Assembly: GCA_963664225.1 (NCBI GenBank) | Contig: OY760937.1 | Coordinates: forward strand, 128,001 to 192,000 | Reading direction: 5' to 3' | DNA from: Verrucomicrobiia bacterium | GTDB lineage: Bacteria > Verrucomicrobiota > Verrucomicrobiia > Limisphaerales > UBA1319 | DNA length: 64,000 bases | Shown: positions 29,575 through 39,775 of the stretch, piece by piece | How positions within the stretch are numbered: position 1 is the first letter of the stretch | How the letters are laid out: each line of letters starts with the position of its first letter | Notes under the pieces: generated by a model | What the model was told of the DNA's origin: nothing | Databases searched by the model: none | Seen by the model: the letters and a program-made list of their open reading frames with translations, nothing else | Program-made: the position numbers and the translations under genes

Positions 29575-30612
29575 CGCCCCGGGTTTATTGCACGGTTTGG
29601 AGGATGCGACGGCGCCGGGTTGGTTGAGGGAGGAAACTTTAGTTGGAGGGGGAATCAGGGCACGCCCTCATCCCGCCCTTCTCCCCCAGGAGAAGGAGAA
29701 GTATTGCGAGTCGCGGGTTGTTTGGACGGTTTGGGAGGTGGCTGCCGCGTGGGGTATGGAGGGGAGGATGGACAATTGACAATGGACAATAATAGAAAAA
29801 AAGAAATTGACGCACGCCCTCATCCCGGCCTTCTCCCCCAGGAGAAGGAGGAGTATTGCAAGTCGCGGGTGTTTGGACGGCTTGGGAGGTGGCTGCCGCG
29901 TGGGGTTGGTTTGCAAAGGAAACAGCGGTTGGAGGGGGGAAATAGGGCACGCCCTCATCCCGGCCTTCTCCCCCAGGAGAAGGAGAAGTATTGCGAGTCT
30001 TGCGTATATTGCACGGTTTGGAGGATGCGACGGCGCCGGGTTGGTTTAGGGAGGAAACTTTAGTTGGAGGGGGAATCAGGGCACGCCCTCATCCCGCCCT
30101 TCTCCCCCAGGAGAAGGAGAAGTATTGCGAGTCGCGGGTTGTTTGGACGGCTTGGGAGGGGCTGCCGCGAGGGGTTGGTTTGCAAAGGAAACAGCGGTTG
30201 GAGGGGGAAATAGGGCACGCCCTCATCCCGCCCTTCTCCCCCAGGAGAAGGAGAAGTATTGCGAGTCGCGGGTTGTTTGGACGGCTTGGGAGGGGCTGCC
30301 GCGAGGGGTTGGTTTGCAAAGGAAACAGCGGTTGGAGGGGGAAATAGGGCACGCCCTCATCCCGCCCTTCTCCCCCAGGAGAAGGAGGAGTATTGCGAGT
30401 CGCGGGTTGTTTGGACGGCTTGGGAGGTGGCTGCCGCGTGGGGTTGGTTTGCAAAGGAAACACCGGTTGGAGGGGGAAATAGGGCACGCCCTCCCCATGA
30501 ACCCAGAGTGGGATGTCTTTCATTACAAGTTACATGGAAAGAAGTGGGTGAAGAAATATCAACATGGATAAGCAGGATGAGCAGGATTTTTAACCACGGA
30601 TGGCACGGATAG
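29575..30612 (+). repeat. Tandem array of ~134-bp units (cluster C)
   Basis: CACGCCCTC anchor at 29661, 29813, 29948, 30082, 30216, 30350, 30485. Confidence 0.95.
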
Positions 30613-30696
30613 GGTCCAGTTTGGCGTTTACCAGCTTAGTGAATTCTGACCTGAGCTCTGCCCATTCGCACGCGTATTTTTTTACGCGACGTTTTT

Positions 30697-31647
30697 TTAT
30701 GCGCTGATTTGGGGCCTGAGCATCTTTCTCAAATCCAATCGGGAGAGCACCACCGCGCTGATGATGAGCCCCATGGCCATGAAGTAGGTTCGGGTGACCT
30801 GTTCGCCCAGGCACCAATGCGCCCAGGACATGGTGCTCAATGGGATGAGATTGTTGAAAAGGAAGACCTGGCTCGTGGGCCAGCGACGCAAGGCGTTGTT
30901 CCACAGGGCAAAAGCCGCCACACCGCCAAAGAGGATGCAATAGCTTTGCACCAGCACAAGTTTCGTGTTCCAGACCGGGGGTTGGAAGGCGGTTTCGAGC
31001 AGGGCCAATGGCATGAGCAATACCCCCGCCCGCCACATGGTGTGGGCGGTCAGGGAAACGCCTGAAAGAGTGGATCCCAGCGTGCGGCATTGGTTTCCGT
31101 GGTAGGCCCAAAGGAGGCTGGCGGATAGGCCGAGCAATTCTCCGGTCCAAAGCGTATTGTGGGCATTGGCATTGGATTGGGCCTGACCGGAGGGATGTTG
31201 CAGGGCCGGCCAGAAAAGGAGCAATACACCGGAGAAGGCCAGGGCCGCGCAAAAATATCGTTGAAGCGAGCGCCAGTTTCTTTCGGGACGTCCCTCGGCC
31301 AGGAGGGCCCAGACCGGTGATGCCCCCAGGTAAAGGGCCACATGCGAGGCGGAGGTGAACCTCAAGGCCCAGTTGAACACCACAATATAGACCGCCAGAC
31401 TCAGGCCGGTGCGCCACCACAGTCCGGCCCGCTCGGCAGGCGTCGGCGCCGCAGCCCGTCCCAGCCAATGGGTCCAGCGCAGGACGCCGAGCATGAGCAG
31501 CCCCGCGCACAAAAAACGTGTGCAACCGACCCAGATGGGCGGCCATGTGCCAACGAGCAGTTTTATGCCTGCATTATTGCCTCCCCACAGGAACACCGCG
31601 AGCAACAGGCTGGCAATAATCGTGTTTTTCGAACCCAACGCAAACAT
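30697..31647 (-). CDS. DMT/EamA family transporter
   Basis: About ten hydrophobic segments; LWGGN..K, RFLCAG, ALRFTSAS, LGEQV. Confidence 0.9.
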   Translation of the reverse strand: MFALGSKNTIIASLLLAVFLWGGNNAGIKLLVGTWPPIWVGCTRFLCAGLLMLGVLRWTHWLGRAAAPTPAERAGLWWRTGLSLAVYIVVFNWALRFTSASHVALYLGASPVWALLAEGRPERNWRSLQRYFCAALAFSGVLLLFWPALQHPSGQAQSNANAHNTLWTGELLGLSASLLWAYHGNQCRTLGSTLSGVSLTAHTMWRAGVLLMPLALLETAFQPPVWNTKLVLVQSYCILFGGVAAFALWNNALRRWPTSQVFLFNNLIPLSTMSWAHWCLGEQVTRTYFMAMGLIISAVVLSRLDLRKMLRPQISA

Positions 31648-31887
31648 CGGGCCATGAGTTAGGGGAGGGATGGCCTTTAACGCAATGAGAATATGCGATG
31701 GAAGAGTGTCGGCAGGTTTTGAGGGCGATTCAGTTCTTCTTGAATTGCCAAAAATAATTTTATTGATGCTGACAGCACCTGTGGTTTTTGTCTAAATTTA
31801 TACTGACCTCGGTGCGTGCAAACAATTTGACAGCGCAAGAATTGTAATCCGTTGTCGCGGGTGAATGGATTGTCCGAGTTTGATTTC

Positions 31888-34800
31888 ATGAATACATTGG
31901 AAAACCGGAGCGCCGACATTGCGGGCGGTTGGAAGGGAATGTCGGTCCGGCGTCGTCTTACGCTGGCCATGGCCCTGTTGATGGGCGTCTCCATAACCGT
32001 CTTTGCCGTTTTTCTCTATTCCAAACAACAACAGGCCCTGATGGATGGCGTGGATGCCAAATTGGAGACTGCGGCACGGATGGCCCAGGCCAATTTGCCT
32101 GCCAACTACCACGACCGCATCGCCGGGCCGGGCTCGATTTCGGATCAGGAATACCAGGGCATCGTGGATCGCTTCAACCGTTTGTGCAAGAGCTTGGGAT
32201 TGGAATACCTGTGGAGTGTGATGCCATTGGATGGCAGGATTGTATTCACCAGCGCCACATCCCCCGACAAGGAGGTCGGAAACAGAAAGCACGCGGCCTT
32301 TCTGGAGGTGCATTCCAATCCAGGGCTTTACACGGACGCGCTCAGAAGCAAAACCAAGACGGTTCAGATCAATGAGGACCGATGGGGGAGTTTGAGGGTC
32401 GTGCTGATTCCCTATCAGGATCAAAGAGGCCGGCCCTATTTGATGGGGGCGGGAATGCGGCTGTCCGAGGTGGACCGCGCGTTGAACGATCTGGTCCTCG
32501 AGTGCGCGGTTGGAGGGGTGTTTCTGTTTCTCGTTAGCGTGGCCGGCATCTACCTGCTGGCAGGCCTCCTGTCGCGGCCGGTGGAGAGGCTGACCGAAAC
32601 GATCAAGGCCATTGCAGCGGGAGATTTCACCCGGCAGGCGCCCGAGGATGGCGCGCGCGAGCATGTCCAGTTGGCGCGATGTTTTAACCAGCTAAACCAG
32701 GCGGATCGGTGCCATATCCAGGAATTGACGCTGGAACGGGAGAACCTGCGCATTACGCTCCAGTCGATTGGGGACGGGGTGATCGTGACCGATGCCGCCG
32801 GGCGCGTGGCGCGGATGAACCCGGTGGCGGAGCGGCTGACAGGCTGGCCTTTTGCGGATGCCGCGGGCAGGCCGTTGCTCGAAGTGTTTCGCATCGTCAA
32901 TGCCCAAAGCCGCCAACTCGCGGACGATCCGGTCGCGCGCGTGTTGAAAACCGGCCTGGTGGTGGGTTTGGCCAACCACACCGCTCTGATCGCCCGGGAC
33001 GGCACGGAGCGTCAGATTGCCGACAGCGCGGCGCCCATCCGCGACGCGAATGCCCGGATATTGGGCGCGGTCATGGTCTTTTCAGATGTCACGGAGGCAT
33101 ACGCGATGCAGAAGGCCGTCCGCGAGGCTGAAGAACGATTCCACCTGCTTTTCGAGCGCATGATCGGCGGGGCCGCGCTGCATGAAATCATTTGCGACAC
33201 CTCGGGAAAACCCGTGGACTACCGGTTTCTGGAAGTCAATCCCGCATTCGAGCAACTCACCGGTTTTAAAGCGGCGGACGTCCTTGGGCGCACGGTGCGG
33301 GAGGTCATGCCGAAGGTGGAGCCGGACTGGATCGAGCGCTACGGACGCGTGGCCCTGACCGGCGCCTCGGACCGTTTCGATCACTATGCCGCGGAGCTGG
33401 ACAGGCATTTCTCAGTGGCGGCGTATTCGCCCAAACCGGGGCAGTTCGCCGTGGTGTTTCAAGACATCACCAGCGCCAAACGGGCGGAAGCCGCGCTGAT
33501 GGAGAGCGAGGCCCGCTACAAGAGCTATTTTGAAGAGAGCCAGGCCATCATGTTGTTGATCGATCCGGATACCGGCGCCATCGAAGAGGCCAACGCCGCC
33601 GCCGTTGATTTCTACGGATGGACCAAAGCGGAGTTGTGCGCGAAAAACATCGCCGATATCAACACCCTCCCCTGGGGGGACATTAAGGCGCAACTGGCCT
33701 TGGGGAATTCGGAAAAACGCAAACATCACTTCTTCAAGCACCGGCGCGCCTGCGGGGACATTCGCGATGTGGAGGTTTACAACGGACCCATCAAGGTGGA
33801 AGGCAAAACACTTTTTAAATCGATTGTCCAGGACATCACCGAGCGGAAGCAGGCGGAATTGAAATTGGAGCGCAGTCGCGCTGAGCTGAAGGCGGTGTAC
33901 GACCAGGCGCCGCTGTTGATGTGCGTGGTTGGCCGGAGCTGCGAGGTTCTGTATGGCAACCGCGCATTCACCGAGTTTGCAGGGCAATCCGGGGAGACAA
34001 TGCGCCCGGAAACCCCCGGCGCCGTGTTGCGGTGCATTCATGCGATCGAGGATCCCCGCGGATGCGGCTATGGCCACAATTGCGAATCCTGCGCCCTGCG
34101 GCTGGCCATGAAGGAAACCTTCGAGACGGGTTGCAGCCAGGAGGCCATCGAATACCGGACCACGTACCAGCGGGCGGGCATTATGCAGGAGATGGTCATG
34201 CTCGCATCGACATCCCTCATCGAAACCGGGGAGCAACCGGTGCTCCTGCTCTGTCTGGAAGATGTGACCGATCGCAGCCGGGCGGACCAGGCGCTCCGGG
34301 AGAGCGAGGCCCGCTTCCGCAGCTTTTATGAGCTGGGTTTGATCGGCATGTGGATTTCCACACTGGACAAGGGTTTTTCCCAATTCAACGACAGGCTTTG
34401 TGAAATCCTGGGATGGTCCCGCCAGGAACTGCCGGTCAAGAGCTGGTCGGAAATGACCCATCCGGAGGATCTGCCCGCCGACGTGGCGCTGTTCGAGCAG
34501 GTTCTTTCGGGGGTCAGGGAGGGATATTCGATGGACAAGCGGTTCATTCGCAAAAATGGGGAGGTTGTTTATACCTCCATGTCCGTGCGGTGCGTGCGCA
34601 ATCCGGACGGCTCGCCAAATCATTTTGTGGGCATGATGCAGGATATTTCGGATCGGAAGCGGAGCGAAGAGGTGATGAGCGGTTCCCTGCGGGAGAAAGA
34701 GGCACTGCTCAAGGAGGTGCATCACCGCGTCAAGAACAACCTTCAGATCGTCAGCAGCCTGTTGCGTTTGCAGGCGGCTCAAATCGATCATCCCATGGTC

Positions 34801-35331
34801 GCCGCCGCGCTGCGGGACATGCGCAACCGGATTCGTACCATGGCCCTGCTGCATGAGAACCTGTACCGCTCGGAAAACCTGGCTCAAGTAAACCTGGCCG
34901 AGTATTTGCAGGGTGTCTGCGCGCAGTTGCTTCGGTCGATGGTGTCGCAGCCGGGGCTGGTGAGATTGGAGATGAATATAGCCGCCGTGAGCCTGGATGT
35001 GGGGCAGGCGGTTCCTTGCGGTCTGCTGATCAATGAATTAGTTTCTAATTCTCTTAAACACGCTTTTCCCCAGGGCCGCTCTGGAGTGGTTCGCGTGGAG
35101 TTGCAGCCGGTGCCTGAAGAACGCTCGCTGCGATTACGCGTGTCCGATGACGGCGCGGGGCTGCCACCGGGATTCGATCTTCATGCCGTGCACAGCCTGG
35201 GGCTGCAACTGGTGGCCGATCTGGCCCGTCAGCTTCATGGCATCCTGGTGGCCTGGTCAGATAACGGGGCCGTTTTCGAGGTGGTTTTTGAGCCGATAAG
35301 CAATTATACCATGGCAACTGCGAATGAATAA
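31888..35331 (+). CDS. Membrane sensor histidine kinase (HAMP, five PAS, HisKA_2-type)
   Basis: Two TM helices, HAMP, repeated PAS/PAC ending D(I/V)T, LLKEVHHRVKNNLQ, NELVSNSLKHAF, DDGAG. Confidence 0.92.
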   Translation: MNTLENRSADIAGGWKGMSVRRRLTLAMALLMGVSITVFAVFLYSKQQQALMDGVDAKLETAARMAQANLPANYHDRIAGPGSISDQEYQGIVDRFNRLCKSLGLEYLWSVMPLDGRIVFTSATSPDKEVGNRKHAAFLEVHSNPGLYTDALRSKTKTVQINEDRWGSLRVVLIPYQDQRGRPYLMGAGMRLSEVDRALNDLVLECAVGGVFLFLVSVAGIYLLAGLLSRPVERLTETIKAIAAGDFTRQAPEDGAREHVQLARCFNQLNQADRCHIQELTLERENLRITLQSIGDGVIVTDAAGRVARMNPVAERLTGWPFADAAGRPLLEVFRIVNAQSRQLADDPVARVLKTGLVVGLANHTALIARDGTERQIADSAAPIRDANARILGAVMVFSDVTEAYAMQKAVREAEERFHLLFERMIGGAALHEIICDTSGKPVDYRFLEVNPAFEQLTGFKAADVLGRTVREVMPKVEPDWIERYGRVALTGASDRFDHYAAELDRHFSVAAYSPKPGQFAVVFQDITSAKRAEAALMESEARYKSYFEESQAIMLLIDPDTGAIEEANAAAVDFYGWTKAELCAKNIADINTLPWGDIKAQLALGNSEKRKHHFFKHRRACGDIRDVEVYNGPIKVEGKTLFKSIVQDITERKQAELKLERSRAELKAVYDQAPLLMCVVGRSCEVLYGNRAFTEFAGQSGETMRPETPGAVLRCIHAIEDPRGCGYGHNCESCALRLAMKETFETGCSQEAIEYRTTYQRAGIMQEMVMLASTSLIETGEQPVLLLCLEDVTDRSRADQALRESEARFRSFYELGLIGMWISTLDKGFSQFNDRLCEILGWSRQELPVKSWSEMTHPEDLPADVALFEQVLSGVREGYSMDKRFIRKNGEVVYTSMSVRCVRNPDGSPNHFVGMMQDISDRKRSEEVMSGSLREKEALLKEVHHRVKNNLQIVSSLLRLQAAQIDHPMVAAALRDMRNRIRTMALLHENLYRSENLAQVNLAEYLQGVCAQLLRSMVSQPGLVRLEMNIAAVSLDVGQAVPCGLLINELVSNSLKHAFPQGRSGVVRVELQPVPEERSLRLRVSDDGAGLPPGFDLHAVHSLGLQLVADLARQLHGILVAWSDNGAVFEVVFEPISNYTMATANE

Positions 35332-38300
35332 GACGCGCATCCTAATTGTGGAAGACGAGGCCATTGTGGCTTTGGACATCCGTCGTCAACTAGCCGATCT
35401 GGGTTACGAACCGGTGGCGCACACGATGCAAGGTGAGGATGCCGTGACGCTTGCGGGGAACTTGCGCCCCGATCTGGTCCTCATGGATATCCAACTGGCG
35501 GGAGAAACGGACGGCATCGCCACCGCACAGGAGATTCGTCAGCGGTTTTCCATTCCTGTCGTCTTTCTGACCGCTTTCGCGGGGGAAGAGACCCTGAAGC
35601 GGGCCAAACTGGCCGAACCTTACGGCTATATCATCAAGCCGTTCGAGGATCGCGATCTGCGCACGGTGATTGAGATGGCCATTTACAAGCACCAGGCGGA
35701 AAGAGATTTGAAGGAGGGCCACGCGGCGCTGACGGCCATTGTTCAGGGGGCCATGGATGGGTTTTATTTCATCGATGGCCAGGGCCGTTTTCTGGATGTC
35801 AACGAGGCGTATTGCCAGATGACCGGCTATTCCCGGGAGGAGCTGCTGCGAATGTCGATCAGCGATCTGGCTGTGGACGAGACGCAGGAGCAAATCCTTG
35901 CCGATATCGCCAATCGGTTGCAGAACGGATTCAAGCGCTTTGAGAGGCGGCAACGCTGCAAGGATGGGCGCCTGGCGGACATCGAGGTCAGCCCCGGTTT
36001 TATTCCAGGAGACAAGCCCCGGTTGTTTGGTTTCGCCCGTGACATCACCGATCGCAAGCGTGCCGAGGAGGAGCGAGAGGCCACGCTGAAGCTGCTCAAT
36101 CTGGTGAATAGTGAGAACGACCTCCACGGTTTAATGGAGGCGGCGACCATTTTATTGCGGGATTGGTCCGGCTGCACCGCGGTGGGCATACGATTAAAGG
36201 AGGACAAGGATTATCCCTATTTTGAAACGCGTGGATTTCCTCCCGAATTTGTCGCTGCTGAAAACAAGTTATGCCGGTATGATGCGAGCGGCAATCCGGT
36301 TTGCGACGATCTGGGAAATCCCGCGTTGGACTGCATGTGCGGCAATGTCCTCTGCGGAAGGTTTGACTCCGCGCTGCCATTTTTCACGGAACACGGCAGT
36401 TTCTGGACCAATTCGACGACGGCGCTGCTTGCCACCACCCCGCAGGAAGACCTGCAGTCGAGCACCCGGAACCGTTGCAATGGGGAAGGTTATGAATCGG
36501 TGGCCTTGATTCCATTGCGAGTGGGGGCTGTCACCCTCGGACTGCTCCAGATGAACGACAGTCGAAAGGACCGTTTCACACCGTACACCATTGGATTACT
36601 GGAGCGAATGTCGAACAGCCTGGCCGTTGCCGTGGCGCATCGCCAGGCTCAGGAAAAAGTCCTCGAAAGCGCGACCAAATTCCGCTCCTACATCCAGAAC
36701 GCTCCCATCGGCATCGCCGTGGCTGACCGTGAGGGCCGCTATGTGGAGGTGAATCCGGCCGTGGCGGACATGCTGGGGTATTCCGAGGAGGAATTTCTCA
36801 AGTTGCGTGTTCACGATGTTCTGGCCCCCTCCAAAGTGGCGGAGGGATTGAGCCTCTTCCGAAAACTTGTCGAGGAGAATGCCGCTTCCGGCGAGAAGCT
36901 GCTCCTCAGAAAGGACGGGACCGAATTTTGGGCGATGGTTTCTTCAGTAAGGTTGAATGACAATCGCTTCATGGCCTTCCATCAGGACATTTCCGCGCGC
37001 AAGAACGCCGAACAGGAAGCCCTGAGCGCCGCATCCTTGCTGGAGGCCGCTTTCGAATCCACGGCCGATGCCCTGCTCATGTCCAACCGTGACGGGCTCA
37101 TGACGCATTATAATCATAATTTTGTCGAGTTATGGAATCTTCCCAAAGAAGTGCTTGCCAGCGGAGATGAAAAGTTGGCCATCGAAGCAGTGCTCGAAAA
37201 AGTCAGGGAGCCGATTGGCTTTAAGAAACGCATTCTGTATCTCTACGAACATCCCGAGGAGGATGCATTCGATATGGTGGAGTTAAAGAACGGGCGCATT
37301 CTGGAGAGGTATTCCAAATCGTATCGTGTCGGAGGCAGGGTGGTGGGCCGTGTGTGGAGCTTTCGTGACGTCACCAATCGCAAGCGCCTTGAGGACCAAT
37401 TGCGCCAGGCCCAGAAAATGGAGGCCGTGGGGCAGTTGGCCGGTGGGGTGGCCCACGATTTCAATAACATCCTCGCAGTGATTCTCATGCACCTGGGCTT
37501 GCTCCAGGAAGAGTCCGCGTTGAGCGAGGCTGTTCGCGGTTCCCTCAGGGATCTCACGACGGAGGCCCAGCGCGCCGCCGCGCTCACCCGTCAACTGCTC
37601 GCGTTCAGCCGCCGACAGATCATCCAGATCAAGCCGGTGGACCTGGATGTGCTGGTGGAGAATTTGCTCAAAATGCTCCGGCGGTTGCTCGGCGAGCACA
37701 TTACATTGGATTGGCAATGCGAATCCGGCCTGCCCCTGCTCAATGCCGATCCGGGCATGGTCGAGCAGATCGTTATGAACCTGTCCGTCAACGCACGGGA
37801 TGCCATGCCCGGCGGCGGAAGCATCACCATTAGGGCAAAGCCCGTACGCATCGAGGAAAACGGGGCCGGTAATCATCCGGAGAGCCGTGCTGGTAATTTT
37901 GTGCGGTTGGATGTCATGGACACCGGCTGCGGTATGGATGAAGGGGTCCTCAAACACATTTTCGAGCCATTCTTCACCACCAAGGAAGTGGGCCGCGGGA
38001 CTGGTTTGGGGCTTTCGACCGTGTATGGCATTGTCAAACAACATGGTGGATGGATGGAAGTCGAAAGTGTGGTTGGCAAGGGGAGCTCCTTCCATGTCTT
38101 TCTGCCCGTGTGCGCCTCCGTCAGGCCCGGTGAAAACAACAACAAATCCACGCCTGTGGTCGGAGGCAGGGGCGAAACCATTCTCGTGGTCGAAGACGAA
38201 ACCGCGGTGCAGCAGCTTGTCCGCCGCACCCTGGAGCGCAACGGATACCGCGTTCTCCAGGCCTCCAGCGGACCTGAGGCCCTGGGTCTGTGGAGGCAAT

Positions 38301-38560
38301 ACCGCGCGGACATCGACCTGCTCTTTAGCGATGTCGTCATGCCCCACGGGATGACGGGCTACCAGCTCGCCGATTCCTTGCGCAAGGACAAGCCCGGTCT
38401 CAAGGTCATTCTTTCGACCGGCTATAGCGATAAACTCATTGAGTTTGGCAGGCAGGGCATACAAACCTTTTTCGTTCTCGCAAAGCCCTACACTTCCTCC
38501 GCGTTGCTGGCCGCCATACGCAATACCCTTGATAAGGGCAGCGCCATTGACAAGACCTGA
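35324..38560 (+). CDS. Hybrid histidine kinase (REC-PAS-GAF-PAS-PAS-HisKA-HATPase-REC)
   Basis: [42 protein letters not shown]-terminal receiver; overlaps upstream kinase by 8 nt. Confidence 0.93.
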   Translation: MNKTRILIVEDEAIVALDIRRQLADLGYEPVAHTMQGEDAVTLAGNLRPDLVLMDIQLAGETDGIATAQEIRQRFSIPVVFLTAFAGEETLKRAKLAEPYGYIIKPFEDRDLRTVIEMAIYKHQAERDLKEGHAALTAIVQGAMDGFYFIDGQGRFLDVNEAYCQMTGYSREELLRMSISDLAVDETQEQILADIANRLQNGFKRFERRQRCKDGRLADIEVSPGFIPGDKPRLFGFARDITDRKRAEEEREATLKLLNLVNSENDLHGLMEAATILLRDWSGCTAVGIRLKEDKDYPYFETRGFPPEFVAAENKLCRYDASGNPVCDDLGNPALDCMCGNVLCGRFDSALPFFTEHGSFWTNSTTALLATTPQEDLQSSTRNRCNGEGYESVALIPLRVGAVTLGLLQMNDSRKDRFTPYTIGLLERMSNSLAVAVAHRQAQEKVLESATKFRSYIQNAPIGIAVADREGRYVEVNPAVADMLGYSEEEFLKLRVHDVLAPSKVAEGLSLFRKLVEENAASGEKLLLRKDGTEFWAMVSSVRLNDNRFMAFHQDISARKNAEQEALSAASLLEAAFESTADALLMSNRDGLMTHYNHNFVELWNLPKEVLASGDEKLAIEAVLEKVREPIGFKKRILYLYEHPEEDAFDMVELKNGRILERYSKSYRVGGRVVGRVWSFRDVTNRKRLEDQLRQAQKMEAVGQLAGGVAHDFNNILAVILMHLGLLQEESALSEAVRGSLRDLTTEAQRAAALTRQLLAFSRRQIIQIKPVDLDVLVENLLKMLRRLLGEHITLDWQCESGLPLLNADPGMVEQIVMNLSVNARDAMPGGGSITIRAKPVRIEENGAGNHPESRAGNFVRLDVMDTGCGMDEGVLKHIFEPFFTTKEVGRGTGLGLSTVYGIVKQHGGWMEVESVVGKGSSFHVFLPVCASVRPGENNNKSTPVVGGRGETILVVEDETAVQQLVRRTLERNGYRVLQASSGPEALGLWRQYRADIDLLFSDVVMPHGMTGYQLADSLRKDKPGLKVILSTGYSDKLIEFGRQGIQTFFVLAKPYTSSALLAAIRNTLDKGSAIDKT

Positions 38561-38633
38561 CCGGCGGCCTTTTCGATTTCGACCGCGATTCCGGTGCGCC
38601 CTTTGGCACACGTCACACGCGCGTCCCCGCTTT

Positions 38634-39182
38634 CTATTGGCCGCCCGGATGAAGATCGTCGCCGGGGTAGAAGGCACCGCGCAAAAGCAGGTTTAGTTCG
38701 TGAACCGCCAGACTCAGATCCGCAAAAGTGTCCGCAGTGGCTTCATCAGTTGTTTCGATGTTCAGCCGTTTCTTGACGTGTTGAAAACGAAGGCTCAACG
38801 CCAGGGATTCTTCCTCGTTGCCAAGTTGCTGAAGCAACTGCCGCACCCGCTCCGCGAGCCGCAGAGTTTTGCGAATGGCCCGTATGGCGAAGACAGGCGT
38901 CACCCGGCCATCGTGAACCGCCTTGTATAGGCCGCACTCGAAATCGCGGCAATGGGCTGGGCGGTCGGCATAGACACGGCAGTGACATCCATTCAAGGCG
39001 GCGCAGGGTTGGGGGAGGCGGAGTTTGCCACGGCCGGATAGAAGTTTGAGCCCATGACCGCGAAGCGTGTCGGCACCCGGGCCGGGTGGGAGTTCAACAT
39101 CACGAAAAAGCACTCCGTTACAGCAAATGCCGCATTGGAGACACAGCTTTTCCATGCTGTATGGAGGGGGTTCCATGTTCAA
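38634..39182 (-). CDS. YkgJ-family cysteine cluster protein
   Basis: CLQCGICC..C..L..C.CRVY..RP..CRDFEC. Confidence 0.85.
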   Translation of the reverse strand: MNMEPPPYSMEKLCLQCGICCNGVLFRDVELPPGPGADTLRGHGLKLLSGRGKLRLPQPCAALNGCHCRVYADRPAHCRDFECGLYKAVHDGRVTPVFAIRAIRKTLRLAERVRQLLQQLGNEEESLALSLRFQHVKKRLNIETTDEATADTFADLSLAVHELNLLLRGAFYPGDDLHPGGQ

Positions 39183-39247
39183 ACGGGACCGGTCGAATCC
39201 CCGAATTGAGGGAATTCGACCGGTTGGCTCCGAATATAACGACGATA

Positions 39248-39691
39248 TTAGAATTTCTTGTTCGCCCGGGCTTTGGCCGCGTGCTTGGCCCTCATGGCGG
39301 CGGCGATTTTCGCCTTTGTCTCAGGGCTCATGACTTTCTTGCCTGGCGCGGTCTTTTTGGCCAGAGGCTGAAACATCGGTTTGACGGTGCTGACGGTGCT
39401 GAGTTTTGCCGCCTTTTCGGCGCGAACTTTCGCCCAGCGGCGCGCCTGGGCGGCGGCGATTTTCGCCTTCCACTCCGGGGTCATGATGCGCTTGCCCTTG
39501 GTGGTCCTGGTGGCCCTTGCCGCCGGGGCTGTGGCGAACGATTTCACGGACGTCAATGTTGTGACCGGCGTTACGGGTGTGTCGCTCAGAATCGAAGACA
39601 ACTCCTGTTCGAGTTTCTCGATCTGCTCGCGGACATCCAATGCCCGTTTCAATTGTTCCACCGACAAACTGGCTGATATGTTAGATTTCAT
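39248..39691 (-). CDS. Small basic Lys/Ala-rich protein, putative DNA-binding
   Basis: N-terminal coiled coil; two copies of M(T/S)PExKAKIAAA. Confidence 0.75.
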   Translation of the reverse strand: MKSNISASLSVEQLKRALDVREQIEKLEQELSSILSDTPVTPVTTLTSVKSFATAPAARATRTTKGKRIMTPEWKAKIAAAQARRWAKVRAEKAAKLSTVSTVKPMFQPLAKKTAPGKKVMSPETKAKIAAAMRAKHAAKARANKKF

Positions 39692-39775
39692 CTTTGTATC
39701 CTTAATCTACACGAATAGTATTGGTTATAAACAAAAAAACAACTTCATTTGCTGTTGCGGGCATTTTTTGGGCGT

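Noticed and set aside
29575..30612. CRISPR array
   Set aside because: The sequences between hairpins are homologous to each other rather than unique spacers, the period is too long, and no cas genes are present.
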